From positions 1,536,001-1,600,000 of the forward strand of contig CBDFLE010000006.1 in the NCBI GenBank assembly GCA_965248925.1: a stretch of DNA of 64,000 nt. Direction: 5' to 3'. The translations under genes and the position numbers were made by a program. Below the pieces are notes generated by a model that saw only the letters and a list, made by a program, of their open reading frames with translations, was not told the origin of the DNA and ran no database searches. How positions within the stretch are numbered: position 1 is the first letter of the stretch; each line of letters begins with the position of its first letter. Origin of the DNA: Candidatus Multivoradales bacterium (GTDB lineage Bacteria; Acidobacteriota; Thermoanaerobaculia; Multivoradales; J023). This document shows positions 42,824 through 55,487 of this stretch, one piece after another.

Positions 42824-42845
42824 CCGGGTCTTCTCGAAGACCCGG
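42824..42845. terminator. Hairpin between convergent genes
   Basis: CCGGGTCTT-CTCG-AAGACCCGG. Confidence 0.55.
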
Positions 42846-42861
42846 CCAAGCCGCCTCGGCG

Positions 42862-45096
42862 TCATTGCACCGGCACTTCGAGAATGAATACCGTGCCACG
42901 CGGCTTGTTGTCCTCGACCCGGATGGTCGCCTGATGGTCGTCGACCACCCGATGGACGATGGCCAGACCCAGACCGGTACCTCGGCCTTTGGTGGAGTAG
43001 TACGGCAAGAACACTTTGTCCGTATCCTGTCGTGGGATACCGCGGCCGGTGTCGGCTACTGCAATTTCCAGCACGGCACCGCGCAGCTCTGAACTCAAGG
43101 TCACCTGGCCGGACGCCTCGGTGGCTTCCAGGGCGTTGTCCAGCAGGTTGATCAAAACACCCCGCAGCTGCCCGAGGTCGAACTGCACCGTGGCCGCGTC
43201 GGCGGCTACCGCCAGCTCCACTGCGACTCCCGGCTTGAGTCCGCGGTATAGCCGCAAGAGATCGTCGAAGAGCACCCGGAGATCGATCTTCGTCGGCTGT
43301 GGCCGCGGCATCCGGGCGTAGCTCGAAAACTCATCGACCATCGCCTTCATGCTCGCCACCTCACGGGTTATCACTTCGACACCAGCTTCCAGGGCCTGGG
43401 GGAAGTCCGCCGCCCGCGCCTGGTGTTTGCGCAGCAAGCGCTCGGCGGTGAGCTTGATCGGGGTCAGCGGGTTCTTGATCTCATGGGCGATACGCCGCGC
43501 GACTTCGGTCCAGGTGGCCATTTTCTGCGCCCGGATCAGCTCGGTCCGATCCTCCAGGACCACCACCCGGCCGCCTGCCTGAATACCGCCGGGAAGCTCC
43601 TTGACCTTGACATCGAGGGTCTTCCACACCCCGCCGATGGTCAACTTCAGCTCGCCACCAGCGGTCGTGCCATCGAGATCGCCCGCCACTACCGCCGCCA
43701 GCTTGGCGCGTTCTGAGTCACCCCAGGCAACCGCCAGGGGCTGGCCGATGACCTCCTCCTCGCGCTGGCTGAGAATGCCCAACGCCGCGCCGTTGCAAGT
43801 CAGGATGCGCTGCTCGCCATCGAGGGAAACCACTCCGGCGGCGACATTCTCGAGTACCGCCGCCAAACGCTCGTTGGCGCTCAGCAGCCGATGATTGGCG
43901 CGGTCGACCAGTTGGCGGTTGCGCTGCAACTCGCTAGCCATGTGATTGAAATCGTCCACCAGCACCCGCAACTCGTCGTCGACCGCTACCTCAACGCGAT
44001 GATCCAGGTCGCCCGAGGAGATCCTCCGGGTGGCGTCGGCGAGCAGCTGAATTGGCTCCGTCACCCGCCGCGCCAATCGCAGACCGATGGAAGAGAAAGC
44101 CAGAATCACTAGCAAGGTGACCATCAGCAAGATCGACAAATAGGCACCGCGGACCGCTTCCTTCTCCAACGACAATTGCTGGTAGGCCTGATACGCCGCC
44201 CGCAGGCGCTCGCTCTTGCCAGCCAGTTCGGGCGGTAGCAGGGTGCCGACCACGACCACCGGTGTTGACCCAAACTGCGGGGACCCCGTCGGCTCTTCCC
44301 CCCCGGCGGCCACCGGGTCGGCATCTGGCGACTTCGGAACCGCCCGTGCCGCCAACACCAGATGGCCGTCGATGCCGAGCTCCCGCACCACCCGCGTCTG
44401 CTCACCTTGGGCCATGGCCTCGCCCAAGAAACGGTTGAACCGCCGCACATCCGGCAGCCGGCCAATGCCCTTTCCAGGATCCGCGGTACCCTGCACAAAC
44501 TCGGTGCCGTCGTGGACCAGCAAGTAGTGCAAGCCCAATTCCTCGCGCAGCGCGCGGAGCCGGCGCTGCAGCTCGGCTTGCTGCGACAAGTCGCGCAGAT
44601 CGATGTCGCCGATCTCGCGCAGCACCCGCCCGGCATCCCGTAACCCTCGCCACTCGAGCTCGCCGATCAGCGCCAAGGCCACCTCGTCGCCCTCGGTCAC
44701 CACCTGTTCGATCGGCAGGCTGAGCCAGAGTTCGAACGAATCGACCACCAGGCGGGTGGCGAAGGGGAACAAGATCAACACCGGCACCAGCGACAGGGCA
44801 ATCGCCGACAGCACCAGCTTGGTCTTGAACTTCGAGCCCAGGATACGATGGCGACGCTCCAGCAGCAGCCGGAAAAGGCTGCGCACCAGGAAATAGAGAA
44901 TCGCCAAGATCAGAATGACGTTGATGTACCAGAGGGCGAAGAGCAAGACCTTGTTGTTGAGCAGCGCGGGCGGCAAGCCGCTACTTCGCAGCAAGAGGTA
45001 GTAAACCCCGGCGACCACCACGAAAAGGGCGGTCAGCACGGTCACCAAGCGCCGTGAACCTCGCCCCAAGACCCGCCGTTCCGAGTCGCCAGCCAT
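42862..45096 (-). CDS. NtrY-like sensor histidine kinase (HAMP, PAS, HisKA, HATPase)
   Basis: WTEVARRIAHEIKNPLTPI, NLLDNA, DTGRG, GTGLGL. Confidence 0.92.
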   Translation of the reverse strand: MAGDSERRVLGRGSRRLVTVLTALFVVVAGVYYLLLRSSGLPPALLNNKVLLFALWYINVILILAILYFLVRSLFRLLLERRHRILGSKFKTKLVLSAIALSLVPVLILFPFATRLVVDSFELWLSLPIEQVVTEGDEVALALIGELEWRGLRDAGRVLREIGDIDLRDLSQQAELQRRLRALREELGLHYLLVHDGTEFVQGTADPGKGIGRLPDVRRFNRFLGEAMAQGEQTRVVRELGIDGHLVLAARAVPKSPDADPVAAGGEEPTGSPQFGSTPVVVVGTLLPPELAGKSERLRAAYQAYQQLSLEKEAVRGAYLSILLMVTLLVILAFSSIGLRLARRVTEPIQLLADATRRISSGDLDHRVEVAVDDELRVLVDDFNHMASELQRNRQLVDRANHRLLSANERLAAVLENVAAGVVSLDGEQRILTCNGAALGILSQREEEVIGQPLAVAWGDSERAKLAAVVAGDLDGTTAGGELKLTIGGVWKTLDVKVKELPGGIQAGGRVVVLEDRTELIRAQKMATWTEVARRIAHEIKNPLTPIKLTAERLLRKHQARAADFPQALEAGVEVITREVASMKAMVDEFSSYARMPRPQPTKIDLRVLFDDLLRLYRGLKPGVAVELAVAADAATVQFDLGQLRGVLINLLDNALEATEASGQVTLSSELRGAVLEIAVADTGRGIPRQDTDKVFLPYYSTKGRGTGLGLAIVHRVVDDHQATIRVEDNKPRGTVFILEVPVQ

Positions 45097-45099
45097 TGC

Positions 45100-45690
45100 T
45101 CAGCGAACCGCGGCCGGCAGGTGAAATTTGGCCGACTCGCGCCAGCCGGTGGTCTGGGTAAAGGGAATAATAAACAGCAGCTGGCGGGTGCCAAGCTCGG
45201 CCCGCACCCGCACCAGGGCGCGCTTGTGACCGGTCAAACCGGCAACGCTGAACACCGGCAGGCGGACGATCTCGGTCATCGCCCGGCGCAGTTCATCGCG
45301 ATCTCGCACCACCCGGCTTTCGATCAGGTCGCCGTCGTGCTTGAGATTGATCAGATACTCACGACTGATGGCGTTGTACAGCGCTACCACCTGTAGCCGG
45401 CTGGACCCGATCCGCTTGTCGGCCCAACGCAGACGGTCGCGCATGAGCTGCAACTGGAAGGTGTAGCCGGTGGCCAAGCCGCTTTCGACCCGCCGCACCA
45501 CCTCGTCGTCAAACGCCTGGTCAAGGCGAAAGGACAACAGCACCCGATCGCCCTCAAGCTCCACCACCACGTCTTCCACGGTGGCCGCCGTGGCGACACT
45601 GCCCCAGCCCGCCAGCAAGCTAGCGAGAAGCAGCACCACAACCCTTCGCAGGCCGTGGCAACCACAGCAGGGCTCAACTGTTAATCTCAT
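45100..45690 (-). CDS. DUF4390-like exported protein
   Basis: VESGLATGYTFQLQL...YNAISREY pattern; usual position upstream of NtrY-like kinases; start uncertain. Confidence 0.75.
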   Translation of the reverse strand: MRLTVEPCCGCHGLRRVVVLLLASLLAGWGSVATAATVEDVVVELEGDRVLLSFRLDQAFDDEVVRRVESGLATGYTFQLQLMRDRLRWADKRIGSSRLQVVALYNAISREYLINLKHDGDLIESRVVRDRDELRRAMTEIVRLPVFSVAGLTGHKRALVRVRAELGTRQLLFIIPFTQTTGWRESAKFHLPAAVR

Positions 45691-45815
45691 CGTTAGTCGC
45701 ACTCTAGCAGGAGCTGATTGGAGCAGCAGCCTCGACACAGACAAGCCGATCGGCGCTATCATCCAGCCGTCAACAACCCGGCGCCCCCGCCGCGCCGCTA
45801 CCCGATTCGAGCACC

Positions 45816-46298
45816 ATGGCCAGCGAAAAACATCCCAACATCCAGCAACTCGCCGCCAACCGCCGCGCGCGCCACGAGTACCACCTGCTAGATAGCCTGG
45901 AAGCCGGCTTGGTGCTGACCGGCACCGAGGTCAAATCGGCCCGCCTGGGCAATGTGCAGTTGAAAGAGAGCCACGTTGAGTTCCGCAATGGCCAAGCCTG
46001 GCTGGTCGGCGCCCACTTCAGCCCCTACAGCCACGGCAACTACAACAATCACGACCCGGAACGGCAGCGCAAGCTACTGCTGAAAAAACGCGAGATCGAG
46101 CGTTTGGATGGCAAATCGCAAAGCAGCGGCATGACCGTGGTGCCGCTCAAGCTGTATCGCAAGGGCAATCGAATCAAGCTCGAAATCGCCCTGGCGCAGG
46201 GCAAGAAGCTGTACGACAAAAGAGAAACTGAACGCCTGCGAGTACTCGACCGTGAGGCGCACGAAGCGATGAAAGACGCCGGCCGCGGCGGCGGTTGA
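45816..46298 (+). CDS. smpB: SsrA-binding protein
   Basis: NRRARHEY...EAGLVLTGTEVKS...RKLLL...GKKLYDKRE. Confidence 0.97.
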   Translation: MASEKHPNIQQLAANRRARHEYHLLDSLEAGLVLTGTEVKSARLGNVQLKESHVEFRNGQAWLVGAHFSPYSHGNYNNHDPERQRKLLLKKREIERLDGKSQSSGMTVVPLKLYRKGNRIKLEIALAQGKKLYDKRETERLRVLDREAHEAMKDAGRGGG

Positions 46299-46340
46299 GC
46301 AGCCGGAATACTAGATCACTGAGCCGGCAATTGCCCGGTG

Positions 46341-46820
46341 TCAATTACGCATTGCTTGTCGCCGACGTTCACGACCGCCGGTGTCGCGAATCCTGTCCAG
46401 CGCCCGCTGGCCACCGTATTTGGCGACGATGCGGTCGTCCCATTCGTCAGAAATCTCCGCCACCGCCGCCACCGCACCCAGCACATTGCTGCGCTCGACC
46501 GCGCGGCCAAACAGCGAGTAGGCGAAGAAAATATCGCTGCCGACCAGCGAGAAGGCGCCGAATGGCAGGCTGTGGTTCAGTTCCAGCAGGCCGCGTAGCA
46601 GCTTGTCGTCGACCTTGACCCCTTGGACGCAGTAGGCCATCACTTGCATCGCCACATCCTCGGCGCCATAGGGGTCGACAGAAACCTCCAACACGGTGCT
46701 GCCATAGCGGACATAGAAGTGGCCGGTTTCTTCTTCGTGATGGATATCGTCGAATAGCTCGCCCAGGTAGGTCTGCACCCGCTCGTAAGCTTGGCGATGG
46801 CGATCGTTGTTGAATTCCAT
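46341..46820 (-). CDS. YbjN / T3SS-chaperone-fold protein
   Basis: YGSTVLEV...LLELNHSLPFGAFSL...SDEWDDRIVAKYGG; AAGGAG RBS. Confidence 0.8.
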   Translation of the reverse strand: MEFNNDRHRQAYERVQTYLGELFDDIHHEEETGHFYVRYGSTVLEVSVDPYGAEDVAMQVMAYCVQGVKVDDKLLRGLLELNHSLPFGAFSLVGSDIFFAYSLFGRAVERSNVLGAVAAVAEISDEWDDRIVAKYGGQRALDRIRDTGGRERRRQAMRN

Positions 46821-46878
46821 TCTTATCTTCTCTCCTTCGAGCCGTCGCTAGCGCTGGGAACGGCACCGAGCGAGCATT

Positions 46879-46948
46879 GCCGGCGGCTCGTTGCGCGGCG
46901 CTCGCTGCCGGTGACTCGTTGCCGGTGGCTCGTTGCCGGTGACTCGTT
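46879..46948. repeat. Intergenic tandem repeat, 5 x 14 bp (GCCGGTGRCTCGTT)
   Basis: Visible directly; the last three copies are near-identical. Confidence 0.85.
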
Positions 46949-47138
46949 GACAGCGGCGGCGGCATGAATTAAGTTGCCGACTATTCGAATCGGCTCTAGC
47001 TTACGACAACTGGAGCACCTAGAACCATCTCCAACCCTCGGCTCGTACCGAGGCTGTTGCGGTGGACGCTGAGCCCGCCCCCGCCCTGCGAGAGGAGCTA
47101 TGGGACACCTACCCAACAATTCTGAGGAGGAATTCTGC

Positions 47139-48422
47139 ATGCATCGGCGAGCGCAGCTAATCAGCCGCATCGTAATTTTGGTCAGCCTCGTTCTGATCGC
47201 CAGCTGGCCGGCCTTCGGCGCCGGCTTCTCGATCTATGAGCAAGGAGCCAAGGCCATGGGTATGGCCGGCGCCTTCACCGGCCAGGCCGACGACGGTTCG
47301 GCGATGTTCCACAACATCGCTGGTATCGGTTTCATCAAAGAGCGCCAGCTGCAAGGCGGCGTGACCTTCATCACCATCGAATCGAGTGAGTTCACCGGTC
47401 TCGACCCGTTCCCTGGCAGCGGCGTCCGAGAAGAGCAAGAAGACCTCATCTTCTTCCCCGTACAAGCCTACTTCGTGCAGCCGGTCAATGATCGAATGAC
47501 CTTCGGCCTCAGCCTCAACAGCCCCTTTGGCCTGACCACCGAGTGGGCCAACGAGGACACCTTCACCGGCCGCTTCATCAGCACCCGGGCAGAGCTGCGG
47601 GTGATCGATCTCACCGCCGGCCTGGGCTGGCAGGTGACGGACAACCTGAGCCTCGGATTGGGCCTCGGCCTGCGGGTTTCCGATGTCGAGCTAACGCGCC
47701 GCGTACCGTTGATCAATCCCTTCACCCTGAGCACGTTCGACGCCGCCAACGCGGTACTCGGAAGTGATGTCGAAACCGGCCTGACCTACCACTTCAGCTG
47801 GCTGCACCGGGTCGGTCAGCAGTTCTCCTGGGGCTTCACTTACCACGGCAAGACCGAGATCGACTACGGCGGCTCGGGCCGTTTCACCCAGCTTTCTTCC
47901 GGCAACCCGGTGCTCGATGCGATCGTCGCCGGCCGCATCCCCTTCGACCAGGATCTGCCGATCTCCACCTCGATCGAGTTCCCCGATCAGGCAGTGCTGG
48001 GCTTCTCGCTCGGACTGACCCAGCGATTGCGAATGAATGTCGATCTCGGCTGGACCGGCTGGACCACTTTTGATCAGGTTGTGCTCGAATTCCCCGACAA
48101 CCCTCAGTTCAGCTCAGTGATCCCCGAGGACTACGAAGACGCCTACTTCTATCGCGTTGGTTTCAATTGGCAGGTCCATCAAGATCTGGCCTGGCGCTTT
48201 GGCTATGTTCTCGACGAGACACCGCAACCCGATAGAACGGTTGGCCCTCTGCTGCCCGACTCCGATCGCGGCGGCATCACCCTCGGCCTGGGGTGGAAGC
48301 GCTACGACCTGGCGCTGATGTATCTGCAGTTTGACGAACGGACGACGACCACCAACGATAACGACTTCAACGGCACCTACGAGACCACCAGCTGGCTGCT
48401 CGGTCTCACCATAACCCTGTGA
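47139..48422 (+). CDS. fadL: FadL/OmpP1/TodX outer-membrane transporter
   Basis: Signal peptide then AGFSIYEQGAKAMGMAGA; PFGLTTEW; LLPDSDR. Confidence 0.9.
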   Translation: MHRRAQLISRIVILVSLVLIASWPAFGAGFSIYEQGAKAMGMAGAFTGQADDGSAMFHNIAGIGFIKERQLQGGVTFITIESSEFTGLDPFPGSGVREEQEDLIFFPVQAYFVQPVNDRMTFGLSLNSPFGLTTEWANEDTFTGRFISTRAELRVIDLTAGLGWQVTDNLSLGLGLGLRVSDVELTRRVPLINPFTLSTFDAANAVLGSDVETGLTYHFSWLHRVGQQFSWGFTYHGKTEIDYGGSGRFTQLSSGNPVLDAIVAGRIPFDQDLPISTSIEFPDQAVLGFSLGLTQRLRMNVDLGWTGWTTFDQVVLEFPDNPQFSSVIPEDYEDAYFYRVGFNWQVHQDLAWRFGYVLDETPQPDRTVGPLLPDSDRGGITLGLGWKRYDLALMYLQFDERTTTTNDNDFNGTYETTSWLLGLTITL

Positions 48423-48436
48423 TAGGGAGGAGCACG

Positions 48437-50047
48437 ATGATGAAATCTCGACAAGTCATTCGCACCCACCTCAGTCGTGCCTTGGCCCTGGCCACTCTCA
48501 GCAGCCTACTGCTGGTCGCCCAGGCACCGGCACAGGATACTGGCAGCGCCGACTTCACCCGCTACGTCTCGATCGGCGACAGTCTGACCGCGGGCTTCAT
48601 GAGCGGCGGCTTGGTTGCTGAAGTGCAGGCCCTGTCCTACCCTGCCTTGATCTCCCGCCAAGCTCAGGGCAGCAACCAGGGATTCGAGCAGCCGACGGTG
48701 TCGGCGCCGGGTATCCCACCGCTGCTCAGATTGCGCAATCTGGCACCGCTGACCATCACTCCCAGTGGCACAGGTCTCGGCTCGCCCACCAATCTGACTC
48801 TGCCGCGGCCATACAGCAACCTGGCGGTGCCGGGTGCCAATATCAACGATCTGATCAACACGGTCAGCGATGGCGGCGGTCTGCACGACCTGATCCTGCG
48901 CGGCCTGGGTACCCAACTGCAGCAGGCAGCGGTCCAGCAACCGACCTTCGTCACCGTGTGGATCGGCAACAACGACGCCCTCGGCGCGGCCACCTCCGGT
49001 CTGGTGATCGAAGACGTTACTTTGACCAGCCTGAGCAACTTCGAGAGCAAGTTCCGCACCGCCATCGCTACTTTGCAGGCGGTCGGCGCACAGCTGGCGA
49101 TGGCCACCATTGCCGACGTGACGGCGATTCCCTTCGTCACCGCGGTGCCACCGGTGCTGGTCAACCCGGCGACCAACCTGCCGGTGCTGGTCAACGGTCA
49201 GCTGGTGCCACTGATCGGCCCTGACGGACCGCTCACCCCCGGTGTCGACTTCCTCACCCTAAACGCTCCCGGCCAGCTGGCCCAGGGACGCGGTATCCCG
49301 CTAGCGTTCGGCGGCAGCGGCTTGGCGCTGACCGACGACGTGGTGCTCTCAGGCGCTGAGGTAGCGACCATCAATGACCGCATCAACGGCTTCAACTCGG
49401 TCATCCGGACCGTCGCCGGGGAGGTCGGAGCGGCGGTGGTCGACATGAATGTGGTGTTCAACCGCATCGCCAGAAACGGCCTCAGCATCGGCGGTGTCAC
49501 GCTGACCACCGAGTTCCTCACCGGTGGCCTGTTCAGCTACGACGGCGTCCACGCTTCGGCGACCGGTTATGCGGTGGTTGCCAACGAGTTCATCAAGGCG
49601 ATCAACGCTCAATTCGGCGGCGCCATCCCGCAGGTGGCGTTGGCGCCGTTTTTCTTCGGCCCCGACGGTAGGGTCGGCACTAACGTCGAGACCGGCGCCA
49701 ACTTAAACGCCGGCTTTCTCTTCACCCGCCGCGGCGACAACAACCTACGCTTTGCTCTCGGCGTGCCCGATCGCGCCACTCTGCGGCGCATCAAAGCCGA
49801 GCGCGAGGGCCAGATCTCGACCGGCGATGGCGACGGCGATTCTCCTGGCGGCGATGGCGGCGACTCGACACCGATCGACAACCGCGGATTCCCGGTCGGC
49901 CACGGCCACTATTGCAGCGACGAGTTCAAGTGCGGCTTCGGCCTCGGCGACTGCGATGTCGACAGTCACTGCGAAGCTGGACTGCGCTGCATCGACAATC
50001 GGGGCGCCGACTTCGGCTTCCGGCCAAAGGTCGACATCTGCCTCTAG
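48437..50047 (+). CDS. Secreted SGNH/GDSL lipase with C-terminal Cys-rich domain
   Basis: IGDSLTAG, NLAVPGA, WIGNND, FSYDGVH; six-Cys tail. Confidence 0.88.
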   Translation: MMKSRQVIRTHLSRALALATLSSLLLVAQAPAQDTGSADFTRYVSIGDSLTAGFMSGGLVAEVQALSYPALISRQAQGSNQGFEQPTVSAPGIPPLLRLRNLAPLTITPSGTGLGSPTNLTLPRPYSNLAVPGANINDLINTVSDGGGLHDLILRGLGTQLQQAAVQQPTFVTVWIGNNDALGAATSGLVIEDVTLTSLSNFESKFRTAIATLQAVGAQLAMATIADVTAIPFVTAVPPVLVNPATNLPVLVNGQLVPLIGPDGPLTPGVDFLTLNAPGQLAQGRGIPLAFGGSGLALTDDVVLSGAEVATINDRINGFNSVIRTVAGEVGAAVVDMNVVFNRIARNGLSIGGVTLTTEFLTGGLFSYDGVHASATGYAVVANEFIKAINAQFGGAIPQVALAPFFFGPDGRVGTNVETGANLNAGFLFTRRGDNNLRFALGVPDRATLRRIKAEREGQISTGDGDGDSPGGDGGDSTPIDNRGFPVGHGHYCSDEFKCGFGLGDCDVDSHCEAGLRCIDNRGADFGFRPKVDICL

Positions 50048-50082
50048 CCGAGGCGAGATAGTCGGTCACTCAAGACCGATAC

Positions 50083-50115
50083 GGGGCGGCGAGTAAAGAA
50101 CTCGCCGCCTCTTTT
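50083..50115 (+). terminator. Rho-independent terminator
   Basis: GGCGGCGAGT-AAAGA-ACTCGCCGCC followed by TCTTTT. Confidence 0.8.
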
Positions 50116-50135
50116 AATTTTACTATCCGTTCTAC

Positions 50136-50918
50136 CTAATCGCTGCCCGCGGCGGCGCGGATTGCTTGCACCCAGGCCCACAGCAGGTCGAGTTCTTCTT
50201 CACTCAGATCGGCACCGTAGGCCGGCATCGAGATAGCCTGACGGCGCCAGAAAAAGCGCGCTACAGGATTGCGCTGTAGGCGGCGGCTGGTGCCGGTGCG
50301 CACCCAATCGCGAAACTCCTCTTGATCGCGCACCAGATGGTCAAAATTACCACCGGCAAAGCCCGGCACAAAGCCACCTAGGGAACCCGGATTGGCCACT
50401 CCGCCAGCGCCGTCGAAGCCATGACAGTCGAAGCAGCCTTGCTGCCGAGCCAATTTGCGGCCAGCGGCTGCTGCCTCACCAGCAGTCTGATCCACCCGCT
50501 CGACAACCGCGACGTAGGCCACCAAATCGGCGATCTGCTGATCATTGAGGCGCTCATCGTAGGCCGGCATGCGCAGGCGCTGGGTCGCCAAGCGCAAGCG
50601 GATCGCTTCGTCGTCCAGCCATTTTCGTGGCGCGCCGAAGCGAATGAACTCTTCGATACCCTGCCGAGTGGGCTGGTACATCATCGCGTTACCACTACCA
50701 AAGCGGGGCACGGTCCCCCAGCGGCTGCCGGGATTGGGGATCTCCGACCTCTTGGTCTGAGAATGACAGGCAAGACAGCCCACTTGCGCGGCTAGCTGAC
50801 GACCTCGCAACACCGGCGTGGACTCCAAGCTGTGAAGCACGCGCCGTACACCAACAGGCAACACGGCGATCACTGCCACCATCAGCAGCAGCCCAACAAC
50901 AGTTCGTCTACGTAGCAT
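50136..50918 (-). CDS. Diheme c-type cytochrome
   Basis: CLACH and CFDCH, each followed later by MPAY; N-terminal anchor. Confidence 0.88.
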   Translation of the reverse strand: MLRRRTVVGLLLMVAVIAVLPVGVRRVLHSLESTPVLRGRQLAAQVGCLACHSQTKRSEIPNPGSRWGTVPRFGSGNAMMYQPTRQGIEEFIRFGAPRKWLDDEAIRLRLATQRLRMPAYDERLNDQQIADLVAYVAVVERVDQTAGEAAAAGRKLARQQGCFDCHGFDGAGGVANPGSLGGFVPGFAGGNFDHLVRDQEEFRDWVRTGTSRRLQRNPVARFFWRRQAISMPAYGADLSEEELDLLWAWVQAIRAAAGSD

Positions 50919-50961
50919 GGCGGCAGGACTCTCTGGCAGGAATGAGGGAGGGTAGCTGCAG

Positions 50962-51002
50962 AAAAGAGAACGGCCGCAGAGCCATGGCGACTCCGCGGCC
51001 GT
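50962..51002 (-). terminator. Rho-independent terminator
   Basis: ACGGCCGCGGAG...CTCTGCGGCCGT followed by TCTCTTTT on the minus strand. Confidence 0.7.
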
Positions 51003-51017
51003 AGGTCGGGCAGGCTA

Positions 51018-51383
51018 CTAGCTCGCCGCTTTGGCGCCGCTGACGGTCAGGACTTTCACCCCGCCCTTGTCGGCCAGGTCACCGGTGACCTCGGCGTTAC
51101 CACCGGCCATGTCCTTGAGCGCCGCGAACGAGTCGCCGTTGTCATGACTGGCGGCGAGGATCACCACCGTGCCATCTTCGAGCAACAGGCCCATCGGCTG
51201 GCCACCCTTGACGCAAGCCGTGGCACAGCCGGCGTGATCAGCGCCCGCGGCACCTTTGGGTACGTAGCAGGCAACATCGATCACCTCGCCAGTCCAGGAA
51301 CCTTCCTCGGCACTGACGGTGAACACCGCGCCCAAGGCAACCATCGAAACCACAAGCATCAAAACCAAAATGCGCTTTTGCAT
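51018..51383 (-). CDS. Small secreted protein with DxxC...HxxCAxxC motif
   Basis: GGAGG RBS; signal peptide; GEVIDVACY...HAGCATACVKGGQPMGL. Confidence 0.85.
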   Translation of the reverse strand: MQKRILVLMLVVSMVALGAVFTVSAEEGSWTGEVIDVACYVPKGAAGADHAGCATACVKGGQPMGLLLEDGTVVILAASHDNGDSFAALKDMAGGNAEVTGDLADKGGVKVLTVSGAKAAS

Positions 51384-51565
51384 TACCTAAGACCTCCATT
51401 AGTGAACAAGGCGTTAATTATACACGGAGAAACCTGTTTATATCCAGACACGGGTCTTGTTGGGTTCGGACAGAGTTCAACTACGGAAGCACCAGTTTAC
51501 CGGATGGGAGGAATACCGTTATGCTCCCCTCTGTTATCAGATATGAGGGCTGGCGACTCAGGTTT

Positions 51566-51592
51566 CTTGAAGTCCAAGGCGCTCACCCAACT
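51566..51592 (+). promoter_or_regulatory. Candidate sigma32-like heat-shock promoter
   Basis: CTTGAA-N14-CCCAACT upstream of cbpA-clpB. Confidence 0.35.
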
Positions 51593-51654
51593 AAGGAAAA
51601 TCGGGCGACTGCCCGGGCGGCGCGCCGCCCGGGACCGCTGACGGAGGGCTGGTC

Positions 51655-52617
51655 TTGGACTACAAGGACTACTACGACACGCTGGGAATCTCCAAAGGGG
51701 CACCCGCCGAGGAGATCCAAAAGGCGTATCGCAAGCTGGCCCGCAAGCATCATCCGGACGTCAATCAGGGCAAGGCGGCCTCCGAGGAGAAATTCAAAGA
51801 GATCAGCGAGGCCTATGAGGTGTTGAAAGACCCGCAGAAACGCGCCACCTACGATCGCTTCGGCTCGAATTGGAAAGGCCAGAGCGGTCGCGGCGGGCCG
51901 CCACCAGGATTTGGCGGCTTCGACTTCGGCGGTATGGGCGGCGGCGCCAGGGGCGCTGGGGACGACAGTGGTTTCAGCTCCTTCTTCGACATGCTGTTTA
52001 GCGGCGGTCGCGGACGCGGCGGCAGTCCTTTCGCTGGCGCCGAGGGATTCGGCGGCTTCGAGGGTGGCAACCGCCCGCGGGGCCAAGGTGCGGATCAAGA
52101 GGCAGAGTTGAAGCTCAGCTTGGAACAAGCCGCCGGGGGCGGCGCTCGCGAACTCACTCTGACCGACTCGGCCAGCGGTCGCCCACGGACCGTTTCAGTG
52201 AAGCTGCCCCAGGGGGTACGGGCCGGACAGAGAATCCGCCTCGCCGGCCGTGGCGGCCAGGGTTTCGGCAACGCCCCCGCTGGCGACCTGTTCTTGAAAG
52301 TCGAATTGCTGCCCCACGATCACTTTCGCCTCGAGGGCCTCGATCTGCACGCCCCCCTGCCCATCACCCCCTGGTTGGCGGCTCTCGGCGGTCCAGCGAA
52401 AGTGCGTACCCTCGGCGGCTCGGTGACGGTGAAGATCCCCGGCGGCTCCTCCAGCGGTCGCAAGATCCGCTTACGGGGCCAGGGCTTCCCCAATCCCAAG
52501 GGCCAGCCGGGCGACCTCTACACCGAGATCAAAGTGATGGTGCCGAGTCAGCTAACGGCCACAGAGCGTGAGCTGCTAGAGGAGCTTTCCCAGGTGTCGA
52601 GCTTCGCCCCCGAATAG
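51655..52617 (+). CDS. cbpA: Class II DnaJ / CbpA-like chaperone
   Basis: KDYYDTLG, HPD, G/F region, no Zn finger, C-terminal DnaJ domains; TTG start after GGAGG. Confidence 0.88.
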   Translation: MDYKDYYDTLGISKGAPAEEIQKAYRKLARKHHPDVNQGKAASEEKFKEISEAYEVLKDPQKRATYDRFGSNWKGQSGRGGPPPGFGGFDFGGMGGGARGAGDDSGFSSFFDMLFSGGRGRGGSPFAGAEGFGGFEGGNRPRGQGADQEAELKLSLEQAAGGGARELTLTDSASGRPRTVSVKLPQGVRAGQRIRLAGRGGQGFGNAPAGDLFLKVELLPHDHFRLEGLDLHAPLPITPWLAALGGPAKVRTLGGSVTVKIPGGSSSGRKIRLRGQGFPNPKGQPGDLYTEIKVMVPSQLTATERELLEELSQVSSFAPE

Positions 52618-52685
52618 GGCGAGCGGCACTCTAGAGTACTTACAACGGTCCACGCCAACCGGCAGCGACCGCGGGAGATAAGACT

Positions 52686-55328
<2,643 letters not shown>

Positions 55329-55344
55329 GGAGGGCCGTTTTCCT

Positions 55345-55391
55345 CGTCCCCTGGGGACGTCATCGCATAGCGAGGGGTTTCAACCCCTCGC
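55345..55391. repeat. REP-like pair of palindromes
   Basis: CGTCCCC-T-GGGGACG and GCGAGGGG-TTTCAA-CCCCTCGC. Confidence 0.55.
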
Positions 55392-55487
55392 GTCGGGCGG
55401 CTGCTGGGGGCTGTACCCTGCGGCCTGGCCCTACTGAAGACCGGAGCTGATCTGCCAGCAAATGCTAAGATTCCCTAGAGTTTCGTC

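Noticed and set aside
45816-46340. tmRNA (ssrA) next to smpB
   Set aside because: No GGGG...TCCACCA tRNA-like ends or room for it in the flanks.
52623-52642. CIRCE-like site before clpB (GCGGCACTC-TA-GAGTACTTA)
   Set aside because: The half-sites resemble CIRCE, but the spacer is 2 bp rather than 9 bp.
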